Assembly: GCA_951406725.2 (NCBI GenBank)
Contig: OX597825.1
Span: 77,872,001 to 77,936,000 of the forward strand
Origin: Octopus vulgaris
Lineage: Eukaryota
Length of the DNA: 64,000 nucleotides
Reading direction: 5' to 3'
The translations under genes and the position numbers were made by a program. The notes under the pieces are model-generated. The model made no database searches, was not told the origin of the DNA, and saw only the letters and a program-made list of their open reading frames with translations. Position 1 is the stretch's first letter. Each line of letters opens with the position of its first letter. This document shows, one piece after another, positions 15,293-26,388 of the stretch.

Positions 15293-15727
15293 TGTGTATG
15301 TATGTATGTATGTATGTATGTATGTATGTATGTATGTATGTATGTATGTATGTATACAGTGGTTCACGAACTCTCTCTTTATCGCTTTCTCTCTTTCGCA
15401 CAAATTCAAACACACAGATATGCATATATATGCGTACAATCATATATCCACACACACATGCTCATACATGGAGAATACATACTCATACTAGTAATATGAT
15501 CAACATTTAGATACATACATACATACATACATACATACATACATACGCCTAAACTTTTAAAGTGTATATTGTAGAATAAGCGAAAGAAAGAGAGGAAGAG
15601 CGTGTGTGTTTAAAAAGGAGGGAGTTGGGGTAAGATAAAATGATGAGAAAAGGTGTGTGAGATATAGGGAAGGAGAGAGGGAATAGTGATTAGAAGTAGA
15701 AGAAGAATGTGAAGTAGGAGAATGGAA

Positions 15728-15728
<1 letters not shown>

Positions 15729-15758
<30 letters not shown>

Positions 15759-15983
15759 AAGAAGAAGAAGAAGAAGAAGAAGAAGAAGAAGAAGAAGAAG
15801 AAGAAGAAGAAAAAGAAGAAGAAGAAGAAGAAGAAGAAGAAGAAGAAGAAGAAGAAGAAGAAGAAGAAGAAGAAGAAGAAGAAGAAGAAGAAGAAGACGA
15901 AGAAGAAGAAGAAGAAGAAGAAGAAGAAGAAGAAGAAGAAGAAGAAGAAGAAGAAGAAGAAGAAGAAGAAGAAGAAGAAGAAG
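15729..15983. repeat. Long (GAA)n tract of about 85 units; others at 35289-35424 and 60493-60661
   Basis: Directly visible. Confidence 0.97.
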
Positions 15984-16117
15984 GAAGAGGACGAGGAGGA
16001 GAAGGATTTGGTGAGATGGAGAGAAAAGAAAGAATTGAAGAATTCTGAAGAAATGTCAAATTCTTATGGAATAAAGTAAAATTTCAAATTATACACAAGA
16101 GCAGCGTTGGTGACGTT

Positions 16118-16314
16118 TCTTTTTCTTGCATTTGTTTCAGTCATTTGACTGCGGCCATGGTGGAGCACTGCCTTTAGTCGAGCAAATCGACCCCAAAACT
16201 TACTTTTTTGTAAGCCTAGTACTTGTTCTATCGGTCTTTTCTGCAGAACCACTAAGTTACTGGAACAAAAACACACCACCATCGGTTGTCAAACGATGTT
16301 TGGGGACAAACACA

Positions 16315-16395
<81 letters not shown>

Positions 16396-16491
16396 GACGG
16401 GCTTCTTTCAGTTTCCCTCTACCAAATCCACTCACAAGGCTTTGGTCGGCCCGAGGCTACAGTAGAAGACATTTGCCCAAAGTGCCACGCA
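16118..16491 (-). mobile_element. SINE family A, 5'-truncated
   Basis: Same body and internal (TA)n as 8366-8780. Confidence 0.88.
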
Positions 16492-16603
16492 TTTCCAGCA
16501 AGCATGGGTACCTTGTTGTGCCACTATTTCATATATGTATATAGATAATTTTTTTTCTTTTTCAGAATGAGATATGCAGGGATATTAATATCCCTGCATA
16601 TCT

Positions 16604-16955
16604 TACATCTATTTTCATTCCTCTACTTAACTCTCTATTTCGTATCTTATCCAAATTAACTATTACTTAACCACTTCACACAGCGTCTCCGATGAAGGGG
16701 CATAATAAATATCCTGGAAACAGCTGTAAGACCTTCTCTCTATAAATGTTCTAAAATCATCACAGCCTTGGGGTTTTTTTATCTCATTCTAATTTTTTTT
16801 TATATATATACACATGCTAATATATGACCTACGTTGGACTCCTTATTCGAATAATCACCAAGCCTGGAGCTTAACTATGGTCTATCTATAGCACTTACTC
16901 AACATTACCTGAAACCTTTGGGTCTTACTGACATCATTGCCTCTCATAACACCTA
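16604..16955 (+). mobile_element. Non-coding hammerhead-bearing element (PLE pLTR plus extension, or retrozyme-like), copy 1
   Basis: Homologous over about 300 bp to the reverse complement of 23945-24300; 3' end abuts (TA)n. Confidence 0.75.
16685..16732 (+). ncRNA. Minimal type I hammerhead ribozyme motif, U4C core variant
   Basis: Stem I GTCT/AGAC; core CCGATGA; stem II; GAAA; palindromic stem III ACAGCTGT; GUA cleavage triplet. Confidence 0.75.
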
Positions 16956-16966
16956 TATATATACAT

Positions 16967-17061
<95 letters not shown>

Positions 17062-17167
17062 GGTGTGTGTGTGTGTGTATAAGGGTGGAAAGGAACACAC
17101 GAGTTGATATATATGAAAAAACAAGTCAAAAATAGAAAATGCTAAGATAATTTTATAGTGAATCTTT

Positions 17168-17205
17168 CAGTACCGGTTTCGGTCATTTTGAGACCTTTTC
17201 AACTG
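17168..17205 (-). ncRNA. Minimal type I hammerhead ribozyme in the pLTR, U3-A8 compensatory core
   Basis: Minus strand CAG-TTGAAAA-GGTC(tcaaaat)GACC-GAAA-CCGG-TA-CTG; stem III palindrome ACCGGT. Confidence 0.8.
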
Positions 17206-17866
17206 TAACGATTAAATAATTGAATTTAGAAAAATTAGAAGAAAAGTTTTTTTAAAGGGAATATTTCTATAGTAGTGTTCAGATATAAGTGGCATTCTGC
17301 CTTTCTCTGACTCCCTTGTTTGCACTTGTGTGTTCGAGGTCGTTGTGAGTTCTTGGTAGGGTAGGAGAAGCAGAAGGCTGATGTGGAGAGGGGGTGGGGA
17401 AATCTGGGAATGCCTTGATGGTCGTATTTTGAATGGTCAGTGGCGGACAGCAGTCGCAGTTCAATTCAGGAATTGTTTATGGAATTTGCGTAGGCGTTAT
17501 ACTGAAAGGCATTAGTGACATGGTTAAGGGGTAGAAGGTGGAGAAGTAGAAGAAGAAGAAGATGACGATGTTGATGATGATGATGATGAGGATGAAGAAG
17601 AAGAAGAAGAAGAAGAAGAAGAAGAAGAAGAAGAAGAAGAAGAAGGAGAAGGAGAAGATGATGATGATGATGGTGGTGATGATGATGACGACGATGATGA
17701 TGATAATGATGATGATGAAGAAGAAGAGGAAGAAGAAGAAAAAAACAGAGAAGGGAGAATATGAATGGGTGAAAGTATAGCTGTGATGGGGCTGATTAGT
17801 AATGGATTCTATGGAATGTAATATTTGTGTGTGTATATATTTCTTTTATTCTAAAGTTGAGGTATA

Positions 17867-18964
17867 TTAATTGTTTGTCGTAGACCCGTTAAGAAGTGGC
17901 CTGTATTTTGTAATAAAGAGATTTTCTTTACTTATTCGTTGTCTCGAGGTTGTATCGTCCCTAAATTGGTAGAGGGGGAAAATCCTGAAGTTTGGTGTTT
18001 TTTTGTTGGCGCAAGTATCTATGTGTTGGCTAAAAGCTATTTTTCTGTTTTGGGGAATTTTTATCTGGGATCTGTGCAGGGCCATTCGTTTACGCAAACC
18101 ATTTTTTGTTTGGCCTATGTACTGCTCTTGACACCCGGAGCAGGTTAGTGAGTATATTAGGTTCTCCGAAGCACATGTGAAGTTGCTTTTCACTGTAAAC
18201 CGTTGTCCCTGTTTGAAGGAGAACTCTGATCCCTCAATTAGATAGTCGCATATCTCGCAATTGGGTCTTCCACATTTTTTTACTGTCGGCTTCTGTGTTG
18301 AAGAGTGAATTCGGGCTTGTGTTAGGAGACTTTTCATGGATCTAGGCTGTCTTTTGCTTTTTATGATCGTGTGTGTTTGGAGGATTGTGTTCATTCTGTG
18401 GTCTTTTTTTAGGAGGGCTATGTTGTGGAGGATGCTGCCGAAGGCTTCGTTATTGAGAGGGTTGTGTGTGGAGATGTATGGTAAGGCTTTTTGGTTGTAA
18501 GTTTTTCTTTGATTTTGGGATGTCTCAGTTCCTTGATGTTAAGTTGAAGGGCACGTTGAATGCACTTGTCAATAAGTGAAGGTGGATAGTTCCTGGTGAT
18601 AAGGGTATCTTTTAGTTCTTGTAGTCGTGTGTCTCTGGTGTTTGCGTTAGAGACTATAGTGCATATCCTTTTTGCTAGATTGAAGGGGATATTCATCCTG
18701 GTGTGTCTGGGGTGGCATGAATTGAATGGAAGATATTGCTTAGAGTCTGTAGGCTTATAGTATATGTCTGTTTCTATTATATTATTAGCTTTCTTAATGA
18801 GGATATCGAGGAAGGGGAGTTGTTGCTGGCTATATTCCATCGTGAATTGGATGTTTACGTCCAGTCCGTTTAAAATTTCCTGGAATTCTATGAGTTTTTC
18901 TATATTTTTATGCCAAAGAATGAAACAGTCATCTAGATATCTCTTCCAGTTGTTTTCTATGTAG
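17867..18964 (-). pseudogene. PLE polyprotein C-terminal half: RT (motif C and thumb), CxxC linker, GIY-YIG endonuclease; one frameshift near 18490
   Basis: WKRYLDDCF, QFTME, LPFLDI, YYKPTDSKQYLPFNSCHP, RNYP; shifted frame LPYISTHNP...KRQPRS...CGRPNCEIC...NLIYSLTCSGCQEQYIGQT...LRKRMALH...ENLFI...PLLN. Confidence 0.93.
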
Positions 18965-19032
18965 ATGACCGAAACCGGTACTGAAAGATTCACTATAAAA
19001 TTATCTTAGCATTTTCTATTTTTGACTTGTTT

Positions 19033-19095
<63 letters not shown>

Positions 19096-19630
19096 TATAT
19101 TATATTATATTATATTATATTATATTATATTATATTTATGTATGTTATGTATGTACATGTGTAGTCCTGGTTACAGCTTGGAACTGTATCTAGTAGTGGT
19201 GGCCCAGCTCGGGAGTCCCAAGAATATTTGAAGAGTGTGCAACCACCTCTTAACCACTATAGCGACGAGGTCTGATCTGATCCGGAATAGTAGCACATGT
19301 CAGTTTTCCAGATGTAGGTTAATAAGCTTATTAGGTCTTGTGTAATGCATTCGACGACTGGATCAGACATACTCTGCGAAGCAAGAATTTGGTTCATCAT
19401 AGGGGGAGGAGATTGCAGCAAGGCATTGTGGTGTGCAAAGAGCAAGTTAAGATAAGTCAGATATTATCTACTATGTCTTTCTGCATTCACGACGGACTTC
19501 CGCACAGTTTCCGACAACCGAATTCATTCACAATCCATTAGTCGATCCGGAGCTATTGCAAATATCTTACGGAACCAAATGGTTGCGAAGCGAGCTTCGT
19601 AAACACACAGTAATACCTCCCCCTAACACT

Positions 19631-19670
19631 GTCGGACGTGTTTCGGCCTTTCTGGACGTCTTCAGTGAAC
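19631..19670 (-). ncRNA. Degenerate minimal hammerhead motif
   Basis: Minus strand CTGAAGA-c-GTCC(agaaa)GGCC-GAAA-CACG-TC; stem I poor. Confidence 0.5.
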
Positions 19671-20084
19671 TATAGCCATTTTAATGGTTGCTCAAATCGC
19701 AATCTACTTACGGCATAGTATGATTGTTTGTTTGTTTTTAAATATTCGTGATGACTTTAACTCACAAATAAATTAAAATAGCCAAAATGGAAAATATCCA
19801 TTAATTAAGTTCCGTTAATTGGAAACAAAAATTAATTACTGCTACTGTTTTCTTTTAATCTCCTTAGGGTCATGATTTTAATTTATTGAAAAATGTTTCG
19901 ATTCAATGAATTAAGTATACGAGCTTGCATTTAACTGTGTATTGGCCATGCAGAGAGCACCCTTGGGAAATGTTCTATTTAACATTATTTTAATGTGCTT
20001 AGTCTATGAATGTCCTTCACACACACATAAAAAATCTATTTATGCTCGTTGTTTTGAGATAGTAGCAACCATTGAATGGAACTG

Positions 20085-20125
20085 TTTCGCTGATGAGGTT
20101 TAATAATGTCAAAACATGTCTAGAA
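20085..20125 (+). ncRNA. Degenerate hammerhead motif, homologous to 30576-30612
   Basis: tttcg-CTGATGA-ggtttaataatgtc-AAAA-CATG-TC. Confidence 0.4.
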
Positions 20126-21115
20126 TGCTCACAGTAGTTACCACAGATCAGTTCCATTCACACCGTTCTTAAGCTGACTGTATTAGTTTTCACCCGGATG
20201 AAATTGCAGGAATGCTCTCCCTTGTCACTTCTGATGATAATTTTCAGTAACGCTGATAACCTCTCATATCTTCTTATCATTGTCTTCTAGTCAAGGTTAT
20301 CTTTTGATTTTTCTTCTTTCAGTCATTGCATTGTGGCAATACTGAGGCAAAATTTTAAAATTATATTTTTCAAAAACTGGTTTGGTTTCGTCAGCAATTT
20401 GTTTTTGTTTTTTTTTTATTTTTTTTTTATGTGGTGGGCAGCATACAAGATAACTCGAAATTACGAACCGCAGAAGAGTTAATCTCTGCCGCTGCGTCTA
20501 CAGACGACAGAGAAGATACAGTTCCTTCAAACACTGTAGAATACTTGATTATAACTGCCTTCTTATGTTTAACATCCAACGCGGAAAAGCAATTAACTCT
20601 AGCCAAAAAGAAAGTAAAGAAACTGGAAGGTTAACAGACAACATGAAGGAGCAGACGAACGACATTCCATCACCAGGGTATCATTCATTTCCTTAACGAC
20701 AGAACAAGATAGCTTTGGTGGGATTTGAACCCAGAGCAGTTGCAACAAACAGGGTGAAGTAGTCTTGCTGACGATTTAATAAATTTACTGCTTTGCCGCT
20801 TTGTACGGTGGAATAGTATAGCGTTATGTACAAGCAGATGCTCGTGGGCAGAGCTTATATACGTAACTCCGAATATTTGTAGGTGAATGTATGTGTTATA
20901 GAGAGAGAGAAACAGAAAGAGAGAGAGTGACAGAGAGAGAAGTGGTGAGAAAGAGAGAGAGGTAGTGAGAGAGAGAGAGAGAGTCGATCTAATAACAAAT
21001 TGGACAGGAGATAGTTTTTTAACATACATCAATATCTGTAGTTCCTTAGAAATATATTTACAAAATGCCTGCAAATGCAAAAGAAATAAACACACACAGC
21101 TGTAAATATATACAC

Positions 21116-21179
<64 letters not shown>

Positions 21180-21413
21180 ACATATATATATACATATATA
21201 TGTGTGTGTGTGAGTGAGTGTATATATATATATATATATATATTTATCAGCAAGCCTTATTAGAAACAGATGCGCAGTCCCCGACTTCTAATGCAGGAAG
21301 TTGTTAACGAGCTAAAAACTTGTGTACAGTTAAGTGTATCGGTTGTGTTTCCTCATAATACATTCCCCCTCTTCATCTCCCCCGCCCGCCACCGCCGCCT
21401 CTCTCTCCTTATT

Positions 21414-21431
21414 ATGTGTGTGTGTGTGTGG

Positions 21432-21462
<31 letters not shown>

Positions 21463-21491
21463 GATATATATATATATGTGTGTGTGTGTGG

Positions 21492-21524
<33 letters not shown>

Positions 21525-21557
21525 GATATATATATATGTGAGTGTGTGTGTGTGTGG

Positions 21558-21588
<31 letters not shown>

Positions 21589-21671
21589 GATATATATATA
21601 TGTGAGTGTGTGTGTGTGTGTGATATATATATATATGTGTGTGTGTGTGTGGATATATATATATATATATA

Positions 21672-21726
<55 letters not shown>

Positions 21727-21765
21727 ATATATATATATATATGTGAGTGTGTGTGTGTGTGTGTA
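21414..21765. repeat. Higher-order minisatellite of [(TG)n-GA-(TA)n] units
   Basis: About nine repeats of tgtgtg-ga-tatata with variable run lengths. Confidence 0.9.
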
Positions 21766-21943
21766 TGTATATATACATACGCATGTAAATAAATAAATAA
21801 ATACACACATGCACTCACATATATGAATTGCAAGTATACACGCATACCTCTCAATTACAAATGCGCGCGTGCATGAGCGTACAAACGCACATATACGTGC
21901 ACACCCACACGCAAAAGCATGTACACATATAATGTACGTGTCG

Positions 21944-21997
<54 letters not shown>

Positions 21998-22454
21998 GTG
22001 TCTTGAACGCTTGTGTAAGTTGCAGCCATTATGCATGATTACTAAGGGAGTATGTGTCAGTGATTGCGTAGGTCACGTTGTACGTATTGAAAGGATGTAT
22101 GGATGGATCCGACATTTGCATGATATATGAGCTGGCTTTCTGAGAAATTTTGAAACCTCGGGATTATTATTTTTGTTATTGTTTTAGTCCCCCTCCTGCA
22201 AAATTTTAGGTCTTGTGCCTATTATTCGTGAAGTATTTTTGTCACCTAAATGTGACTGACCCATATAGGACTATGCTACTGTTGTCTATAGCCCCAGGAA
22301 GACATCTCCTCCAGCTGGCTAACGACACACTGTCTGTGTCCGATCAGTTTTTGCGAAGGGAAATCATCCTTCCCATCTCTAGCCTTACGGGATACACACG
22401 GACCCGAGTTTATGAGTAGTAACCCGTCATCAGTGTGTGAGACATCTATTTTTG

Positions 22455-22533
<79 letters not shown>

Positions 22534-22603
22534 GCGATATATATAGTATTATTAAGGGACATTATTATTATTATTATTATTAGCAAATTGTGTATTATTA
22601 TTA

Positions 22604-22644
<41 letters not shown>

Positions 22645-22667
22645 GTTATTATTATTATTATGCTTAT

Positions 22668-22840
22668 CGATTTCGTCTGTTTTTACATTCTGAATTCAAA
22701 TTCTGTCGAGGTCGACTGTACCTTTTATCCTTTCGGCATCGATAAATTAAAGTACCAGAGATACACTGGGGTCGACGTAATCGACTAGTCCCCTCCGCCA
22801 AAATTGCAGGCCTTCTGCCTTTAGTAGAAAGGATCATTAT
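22668..22840 (+). mobile_element. SINE family B, 5'-truncated
   Basis: ttcaaattctgtcgaggtcgactgtaccttttatcctttcggcatcgataaattaaagtaccag...gtagaaaggatcattatt. Confidence 0.8.
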
Positions 22841-23205
22841 TATCATTATCATCGTCATCATCATTTTCTTTAACATCAAAATTATTAATATCAAATTCAT
22901 AATCAACATCATCTCCGACTTCATCATCATCCTCATCATCACCATTATAATCAGTATCATTCCTATTATCATTATCGAAGCAGTGATTATTACTTCTGCT
23001 TACTTGGTAGTTTCACAATAACAACTGTCACTCTGTCACGGTGGATATAATTGCCTGTTTTGTGAGACCAGCGTAAAGATGAAATTATTAGTTACTTCGA
23101 TAAGAAAGAATATCCACAATCTAGAACAGACAGACGGATAGACAGAGAATTAGACAGAGACCGACAGAAACAGACAGACAGAAATAGATAGACACACAAA
23201 CAGAC

Positions 23206-23298
<93 letters not shown>

Positions 23299-23462
23299 GA
23301 ACATCGCTTGTATGCCAGTTCCAGAACGCTAAGTTACACATCCTACGGTTATCTATTCTATATTCGAATATATGTTTAAAATCTCAGATAGCATATGTAA
23401 ATTACCTTACCTATCGTGCACTGGCAAAAGATTGGCAGCTACACACACACACGAACACGCAA

Positions 23463-23672
23463 GGCGGCGAGCTGGCAGAAACGTTAGCACGCCGGGCGAA
23501 ATGCGTAGCCGTATTTCGTCTGTCGTTACGTTCTGAGTTCAAATTCCGCCGAGGTCGACTTTGCCTTTCATCCTTTCGGGGTCGATTAAATAAGTACCAG
23601 TTACGCACTGGGGTCGATATAATCGACTTAATCCGTCTGTCTGTCCTTGTTTGTCCTTTCTGTGTTTAGCCC
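23463..23672 (+). mobile_element. SINE family B, well-preserved copy (tRNA-like head plus Meta-domain-like core)
   Basis: A-box-like agctggcagaa, B-box gagttcaaattcc, core gcctttcatcctttcggggtcgattaaataagtaccag. Confidence 0.88.
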
Positions 23673-23677
23673 CGCGT

Positions 23678-23871
23678 GTGTACCGTTGGCGATTTTTTTC
23701 CTCTGTCTTCCTTTCTCTGGATCTTTCCTTTTCCTATGTTTCCGACGAAGTGCTCCGCTCGAAACGTTAAACCCTCCTTCTTTCCTTCTTTCCTGAGCGT
23801 CCAATAATACTATATTTGTTCCACGTCCTCGCGTTGTTGTTTTTTTTGTGCTTTCTTGTTTGGATTAACTA

Positions 23872-23872
<1 letters not shown>
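23678..23872 (+). mobile_element. Solo pLTR-like element with minimal hammerhead (23738-23772)
   Basis: GTTT-CCGACGA-a-GtGC(tcc)GCTC-GAAA-CG-TT-AAAC; pyrimidine-rich flanks; ends in (TA)n; related to 43950-44120. Confidence 0.7.
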
Positions 23873-23939
<67 letters not shown>

Positions 23940-23944
23940 TATAA

Positions 23945-24300
23945 ATATGAGAGGTGTTGGTGTTTAGAAGACCCAAAGAGTATCGGGTAACGCTAAGTAA
24001 GTGCCAGAGACAGACCATGGTTAAACTCTTGGTTCGATAATGATATGAGTGAGGAGTCTGATGTGGGTCCTGCATATATGTATTAAACATACATATATGT
24101 ATTAGACAGAATGAGAGAACAAAGCCAAGGCTGCGAGAAGTTTTCAGGACATTTATAATGAAATAGTCTTACAGGTGTTTCTGGTATGTTATGGATATCC
24201 CTTCATCGGAGATAGCGGGAGAAAATATTTGCGTTTGAATTATTGTGGAAAAGGAAGAGATAGGGAATATACAAGGAAATAAGAGAAAGAAAATAGAAAT
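23945..24300 (-). mobile_element. Hammerhead-bearing element, copy 2 (hammerhead at 24166-24213)
   Basis: Minus strand atct-CCGATGA-agggatatccataacatacca-GAAA-CACCTG-TA-agac; downstream 200 bp match 16750-16950. Confidence 0.75.
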
Positions 24301-25219
24301 AAGATATATATATAAAATAGAAATAAGATATATATATCTACATATATAATTATATGTGTAGATGCATATGTATACAGATATATGTTTCTATATATATATA
24401 TATGTGTGTGTATGTGTGTACATATATGTCTGTGTACAGGTGTGTGTTTGTACACACACACACGAACACACATGCACACACAAACACACACAAACACACA
24501 CAAACAAACATCTTATTACAACCGTTCTATTATTTTGTGAAACAAAGAAAGACCGCTCAAGAAATTGTAGAAGTAGGAAACGAAAATGGTAACATCGGCA
24601 GGCAGAACGAAAGAGAACGAAATATCATATTATCTGTTTGGGCATTTAAACTGGCCATTGTATGCATGAATATAAATGTGTTTTTCATTTTCATAAGCGG
24701 CTGTTTATGATTTATCGGTGCAGATGTTTTAAACGGCTGCTTCGGGTAGCCATTATGCTTATTGTCACGTTAGCATATTAGCGTGAAGAGAGTTGCTTTA
24801 ATACATTAATATATCGTTGTAGTCATTCACACGTTTAATTAATTAAGCTAAAGATGCTTAATTGATGCTTGGAAGGGCAAGACACAACCATAAATATATT
24901 TAAATCGTTATTTTACAAGATGAAATAACAATTTCGCTGACAGATGGCGCTGTAATATTAATTTCTCAGTGAAAGATGAAACAAAACGATTTAATCATGG
25001 AACAATTTAATATCTCACCGAAGTGATACCGTTATATAATTAATTATTCAGGATGTGTGTGCGTGCTTTGCCAGTGTGTATGTGTGTGTATGAGTGTGTG
25101 TTTGTGTGTGTGTGTATGAGTGTGTGTTTGTGTGTGTGTGTGTGTGTATCTGTGCATTGGTGTATGTGTCCATGCATATGTATAAAAAAAAACGTTGGGC
25201 GTATATACGTTTACATGAG

Positions 25220-25286
<67 letters not shown>

Positions 25287-25315
25287 GATAAAGACACACA
25301 TGCATACATACATAT

Positions 25316-25576
25316 ATCACGTGATCACGAGACCGACCAGGCTATCAGATGTTGTTACACGTCGCTGAACACGATGCGTTTTGCATTGTTTTATACTCCG
25401 AATGGCGCCGCTCCGCTCGCTAACGAGCAGGCCACCATCCCACCCCCACGTACACACACACAAAGGGGACTGGAGCAACGTGGAATGAGGTATTTTGCTG
25501 AAGTACACAAAAAGAACAGCCTCAATCGATTATCGAACCGTACTGCATTCCCATCAGAAGTGTATACATCACGTGA
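25316..25576 (-). mobile_element. Degenerate SINE (family C-related) bounded by atcacgtga direct repeats
   Basis: ggactggagcaacgtggaatgagg matches the reverse complement of family C ttcacgttgccccagtcc. Confidence 0.5.
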
Positions 25577-25822
25577 CCAATCCTAGAGAAAAAAGTAACC
25601 AATCAGCTTCTTCCTATCTTTGGGTAAAACAAAAGACAGGAGGATCGGTTAACTTTGATTTTATTCCACATATTTCTCTCTCAGATTTGCACACTTATTG
25701 CAGCCGTCCATCAATTTTTCTAAGCCCTGTAAGGGAAGTTGGAATGTTAGGACTCTAACTAAGGCTTTCGCGATACTCTCAAAGCCAGGAATAATTGAAC
25801 AATCCCCTCGTAAACACACACA

Positions 25823-25862
<40 letters not shown>

Positions 25863-25873
25863 CATGTATATGC

Positions 25874-25905
<32 letters not shown>

Positions 25906-25963
25906 ACGTGTATATTACAGTGTGTATGTATGTATATGTGTATATATTCATATATATATATAA

Positions 25964-26015
<52 letters not shown>

Positions 26016-26056
26016 ATATATATATTTATATATGTGTGTGTATGTGTATATATATG

Positions 26057-26129
<73 letters not shown>

Positions 26130-26170
26130 GTGTATATATATATACATATATATATATATACATCACACAC

Positions 26171-26219
<49 letters not shown>

Positions 26220-26221
<2 letters not shown>

Positions 26222-26388
26222 CCATTTTCAAAGGTGTATCCTTTGATCTAGTTTTATGTTTGATTATATCGTCAGTTCTGTTCCATTCTAACGAAACCGT
26301 CCGACGAACGGGAACGTGAAACTCTGTGTAACAGTTTTTGTGATATTTCTGCTGCTTGATCCTTTCTTGTTGCTTTTTTCTTGGTTTT
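26220..26388 (+). mobile_element. Solo pLTR-like island within (TA)n, with minimal hammerhead (26294-26337)
   Basis: AAACcGT-CCGACGA-ACG(ggaa)CGT-GAAA-CTCTGTG-TA-ACAGTTT. Confidence 0.68.

Larger units (their letters stand above)
17080..19040 (-). mobile_element. Penelope-like retroelement, 5'-truncated, with inverted partial pLTR, inserted in (TA)n
   Basis: RT plus GIY-YIG coding region; 76-bp perfect inverted repeat 17111-17186 / 18965-19040; (TA)n on both flanks. Confidence 0.93.

Noticed and set aside
17867-18964. Selenocysteine recoding as reported for some Naiad PLEs
   Set aside because: No in-frame TGA in the visible coding region and no convincing SECIS seen.
21414-21765. CRISPR-like repeat/spacer periodicity
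   Set aside because: The spacers are simple repeats, the context is eukaryotic, and there are no cas genes.
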